Of a stretch of DNA of 59,838 nt, positions 57,495-59,838 are shown one piece after another; within the stretch, counting starts at the first letter, position 1, and each line of letters begins with the position of its first letter. The position numbers and the translations under genes were made by a program. Under the pieces are notes generated by a model that worked only from the letters and a program-made list of their open reading frames with translations, had not been told where the DNA came from and made no database searches. The DNA comes from an uncultured Ruminococcus sp. (GTDB lineage: Bacteria; Bacillota; Clostridia; Oscillospirales; Ruminococcaceae), in the NCBI GenBank assembly GCA_947178195.1, contig CAMWXM010000001.1, positions 1 to 59,838 of the forward strand, read 5' to 3'.

Positions 57495-59171
57495 TTATTT
57501 TATTTCCATAAGCTTTACAACACCATTAGCTATATTTCCCGGCGTAGGATCGGTGTTAAACAAATTATCCGGCGCTACCGCATAGAAATCTTCGTCCGCA
57601 TAATCCTCCGGAATAATGTATCCATAGGTGATGGTTTTTGTCTGACTGGGTTCAAAGGTATATTTCCATGAGCTTCTGCCGCCGTAATCTTTATTTGAAG
57701 CATAATCTGGTTCAGTGAGTAAAACCTCAAAATCCTTGGAGTAAATTATAAGTCCACCGTTAGTATATATGCTTCCAGTTAGGTCGGTTTTGTTTGTTAT
57801 TTCATAGGTTACAAAAAGCATTTTTGCATTGTCGGGAGTAACGCCGTCAGCATCATTTAAAAATTCCCAATGCGCCTCAGAAACATTTCCAGTCACATCG
57901 CCGACTCTGCTGCCTGTAATTTTCCATTCCATCGTTATTGGTTCGACTTCACCGCGCTCAAACGCTTCATCAATATAGTCCGTACATTCAACAGGAGTGT
58001 TTACAGGAATTCTTTCGGCCTTTTGAGCGGCTTTTGCCATATTTGCATTATATTTTTTGATGTCTTCTTCATCGTCGTTCAATTCGTCATAAGGCGGAAC
58101 ATATACCACATCTGAATTGTCGAATTTAACATCGTATTTATCGGCAAAACCTTTTTCAATATCGAAAGCAAATTCATATAATGTTGGGAAATCGTCCGTA
58201 TCTATATCATATACCTGAACGGACAGCCTTTTTGCCGTCTTTAAAGGAGGAACGAATTTCCATTCCCAGTTTTCATAAGAATCGTTATGAATAATTTCAA
58301 GTTCTTCGCCATTCTGGTCAAAAATTCTTATGGACTGTCTTTTTGCCAGACCCTCTATTGAAACGGTCGTTTTAAACGGAGTTATATCAACGCTTTCTAA
58401 GGTTATACCGTCCTTTGTTTCGTTTATTTCATAAATTCTGTTGTTGCTTGTATCAGGGGTTACATTCGCTTTAAATTCAAACTTATCATCAGCGTAGGCG
58501 GATATAGATGTCTTTTCGGGTTCATAAACGTTAGCCGCATAGTTATAAGTCATAAGCTTGCCGTTAATACCCTGTAAACCGTAAATGGAAATTTCAAGCT
58601 CCGACTCTTCCTTAACATCAAGATTGGTATAGTACATTGTTTCATAAAATACTCCGTCATCAGATTTTACAAAGCCTAACTCTGGATAATCGAGGTTTTC
58701 GTAGTCATAAACTCTGTCTATGCTTTTTCCGTTAAGCTTAGCTGAAATATGTGCGCTTACGGTGGTCATTCTCTTTAAATCTTCATCATTTGGAGTAAGC
58801 GCTAAGGCTATGGCAAGATTTTGACCGTCACAGTAAACGCTCTGCATGGTAATATTGGCGGACATCTGCTTTTCTTCGTCGTTTACGGGCTTCGCAAAAG
58901 CCGATAAGTCCATTTTTTTCTCTGGGTCTTTTGTGTATACCTCTTTATGGCTTACGTCAAATGCGCTACGGAAATATGCCGCTGTTGCCGTTGCCGAAAA
59001 TACCAGCGTTGCAGCTGCAACTGTACCGATAACAAAAATTTTCTTATGAGTATATTTTTTAACGAGGGGGGCGTCTGCCCTTATTATGCCGTATGCTTCG
59101 CTGCATTTTTCATTTACAATATCGGGAACATCAATATGTTCGTCAAAATTATTACTTATTCTTTTTTTCAT
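57495..59171 (-). CDS. Putative membrane anti-sigma factor (DUF4179-like) with a large extracytoplasmic region
   Basis: Short cytoplasmic N-terminus (IDVPD.V), one TM and ITMQSVYCDG..L, followed by beta-rich domains; ATGA-coupled to the ECF sigma gene. Confidence 0.75.
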   Translation of the reverse strand: MKKRISNNFDEHIDVPDIVNEKCSEAYGIIRADAPLVKKYTHKKIFVIGTVAAATLVFSATATAAYFRSAFDVSHKEVYTKDPEKKMDLSAFAKPVNDEEKQMSANITMQSVYCDGQNLAIALALTPNDEDLKRMTTVSAHISAKLNGKSIDRVYDYENLDYPELGFVKSDDGVFYETMYYTNLDVKEESELEISIYGLQGINGKLMTYNYAANVYEPEKTSISAYADDKFEFKANVTPDTSNNRIYEINETKDGITLESVDITPFKTTVSIEGLAKRQSIRIFDQNGEELEIIHNDSYENWEWKFVPPLKTAKRLSVQVYDIDTDDFPTLYEFAFDIEKGFADKYDVKFDNSDVVYVPPYDELNDDEEDIKKYNANMAKAAQKAERIPVNTPVECTDYIDEAFERGEVEPITMEWKITGSRVGDVTGNVSEAHWEFLNDADGVTPDNAKMLFVTYEITNKTDLTGSIYTNGGLIIYSKDFEVLLTEPDYASNKDYGGRSSWKYTFEPSQTKTITYGYIIPEDYADEDFYAVAPDNLFNTDPTPGNIANGVVKLMEIK

Positions 59172-59677
59172 GATGCAGTCCTTTCTTTATAAAGCTCTTT
59201 AAATTCGTTTCTTGCTCTTGAAAGACGAGTCTTTACAGTATTTTCATTCATTTCCAGCATCTGAGCTATCTCTCTTATCTTAAATCCGTGAGAATAATAA
59301 AGCGTCATTATAAGGCGGTGCTTTTCAGAAAGACCATTAAAGCATTCGCTTATGTTTTCTTCGGACATTTCCGAGTCATCTCCCGGCTCGATGTTTTCAT
59401 AGCTTTCAACATAGATCGTCCGGCTGTTTTTTCTTATTATATCGTTGCAGTTGTTTATTAAAATGCGGATAAGCCACGTTTTGAAATATTTCGCTTTGCG
59501 AAGCTTGTCTATATCTTTCCAGCACTTTAATATGGTTTCGGAAATAGCGTCTGCAGCGTCGGCGTCATTGTGAAGTATGGAATACGCTATTTTGTACATT
59601 TCGGGTTTAGCCTCCTCAATTAACGCTATAAAGCTGTCGGGATCCCTTCGTCTGGCTTTTGAAATTAAACTCAACAT
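59168..59677 (-). CDS. ECF RNA polymerase sigma factor (SigV-like)
   Basis: Region 2 MYKIAY...DAADAISET...FKTWLIRILINNC and region 4 EIAQML...TVKTRLSRAR; 169 aa; AAGGAG RBS. Confidence 0.92.
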   Translation of the reverse strand: MLSLISKARRRDPDSFIALIEEAKPEMYKIAYSILHNDADAADAISETILKCWKDIDKLRKAKYFKTWLIRILINNCNDIIRKNSRTIYVESYENIEPGDDSEMSEENISECFNGLSEKHRLIMTLYYSHGFKIREIAQMLEMNENTVKTRLSRARNEFKELYKERTAS

Positions 59678-59727
59678 TTTATCACTCCTTTATATTTTTT
59701 GAAATCAAAATTCTGCTTTCTGTAAAT

Positions 59728-59756
59728 TAGACGTATTAAAATGCTATATAGTTTCA
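59728..59756 (-). promoter_or_regulatory. ECF-type autoregulatory promoter
   Basis: Minus strand TGAAAC-N17-CGTCTA, matching the Bacillus SigV/SigM/SigW class (TGAAAC...CGTC/CGTA), 50 nt upstream of the sigma gene. Confidence 0.8.
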
Positions 59757-59838
59757 CAAAATATTTTTTCAAAAATTTTTTTATATAACTATAAATGAGC
59801 ATTTTCAGAATGAATTAGTGAAAATGCACAAAAAGGAT

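Noticed and set aside
154-59192. The many short antisense or alternative-frame ORFs in the track (e.g. 3948..4406+, 13720..14256+, 20418..20903+, 30539..31054+, 44891..45397+)
   Set aside because: They overlap well-supported genes on the opposite strand or frame and lack RBSs and recognisable motifs; shadow ORFs.

Overview
A 59.8-kb chromosomal window from a low-GC Clostridia organism; gene content and order suggest Ruminococcaceae/Oscillospiraceae (inference). Most genes lie on the minus strand. Housekeeping blocks: (i) an FMN-riboswitch-led ribD-ribE-X-ribBA-ribH-HAD operon running tightly into ABC-F, aroE, aroK, an amidohydrolase, fumarase alpha, a TPM lipoprotein, polA and rimI; (ii) a 2-hydroxyacyl-CoA dehydratase activase-type pair whose large gene carries one in-frame TAA; (iii) glyQS; (iv) an mgsA-like gene with hisS and aspS; (v) mtnN-miaB-ylbF-mutS-mutL-miaA-hfq-HlyD-like-yggS-sepF-ylmH-divIVA-ileS-lspA-rluD-Cof-tkt; (vi) an ECF sigma/anti-sigma pair. 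Accessory blocks: 19.5-26.3 kb holds a LytTR/GHKL two-component pair leading four uncharacterised, signal-peptide-less, charged helical proteins, preceded by a sigma28(FliA/SigD)-like promoter and 22-bp-period direct repeats. This is my best candidate for an undescribed system. 30.9-37.1 kb holds an SPFH/zinc-ribbon/TPM (YdjI-YdjG-YdjH-like) envelope module without pspA, plus lipoproteins. I saw no rRNA, tRNA, CRISPR array, transposase, integrase or phage gene. All family names come from motif recognition, not database searches.
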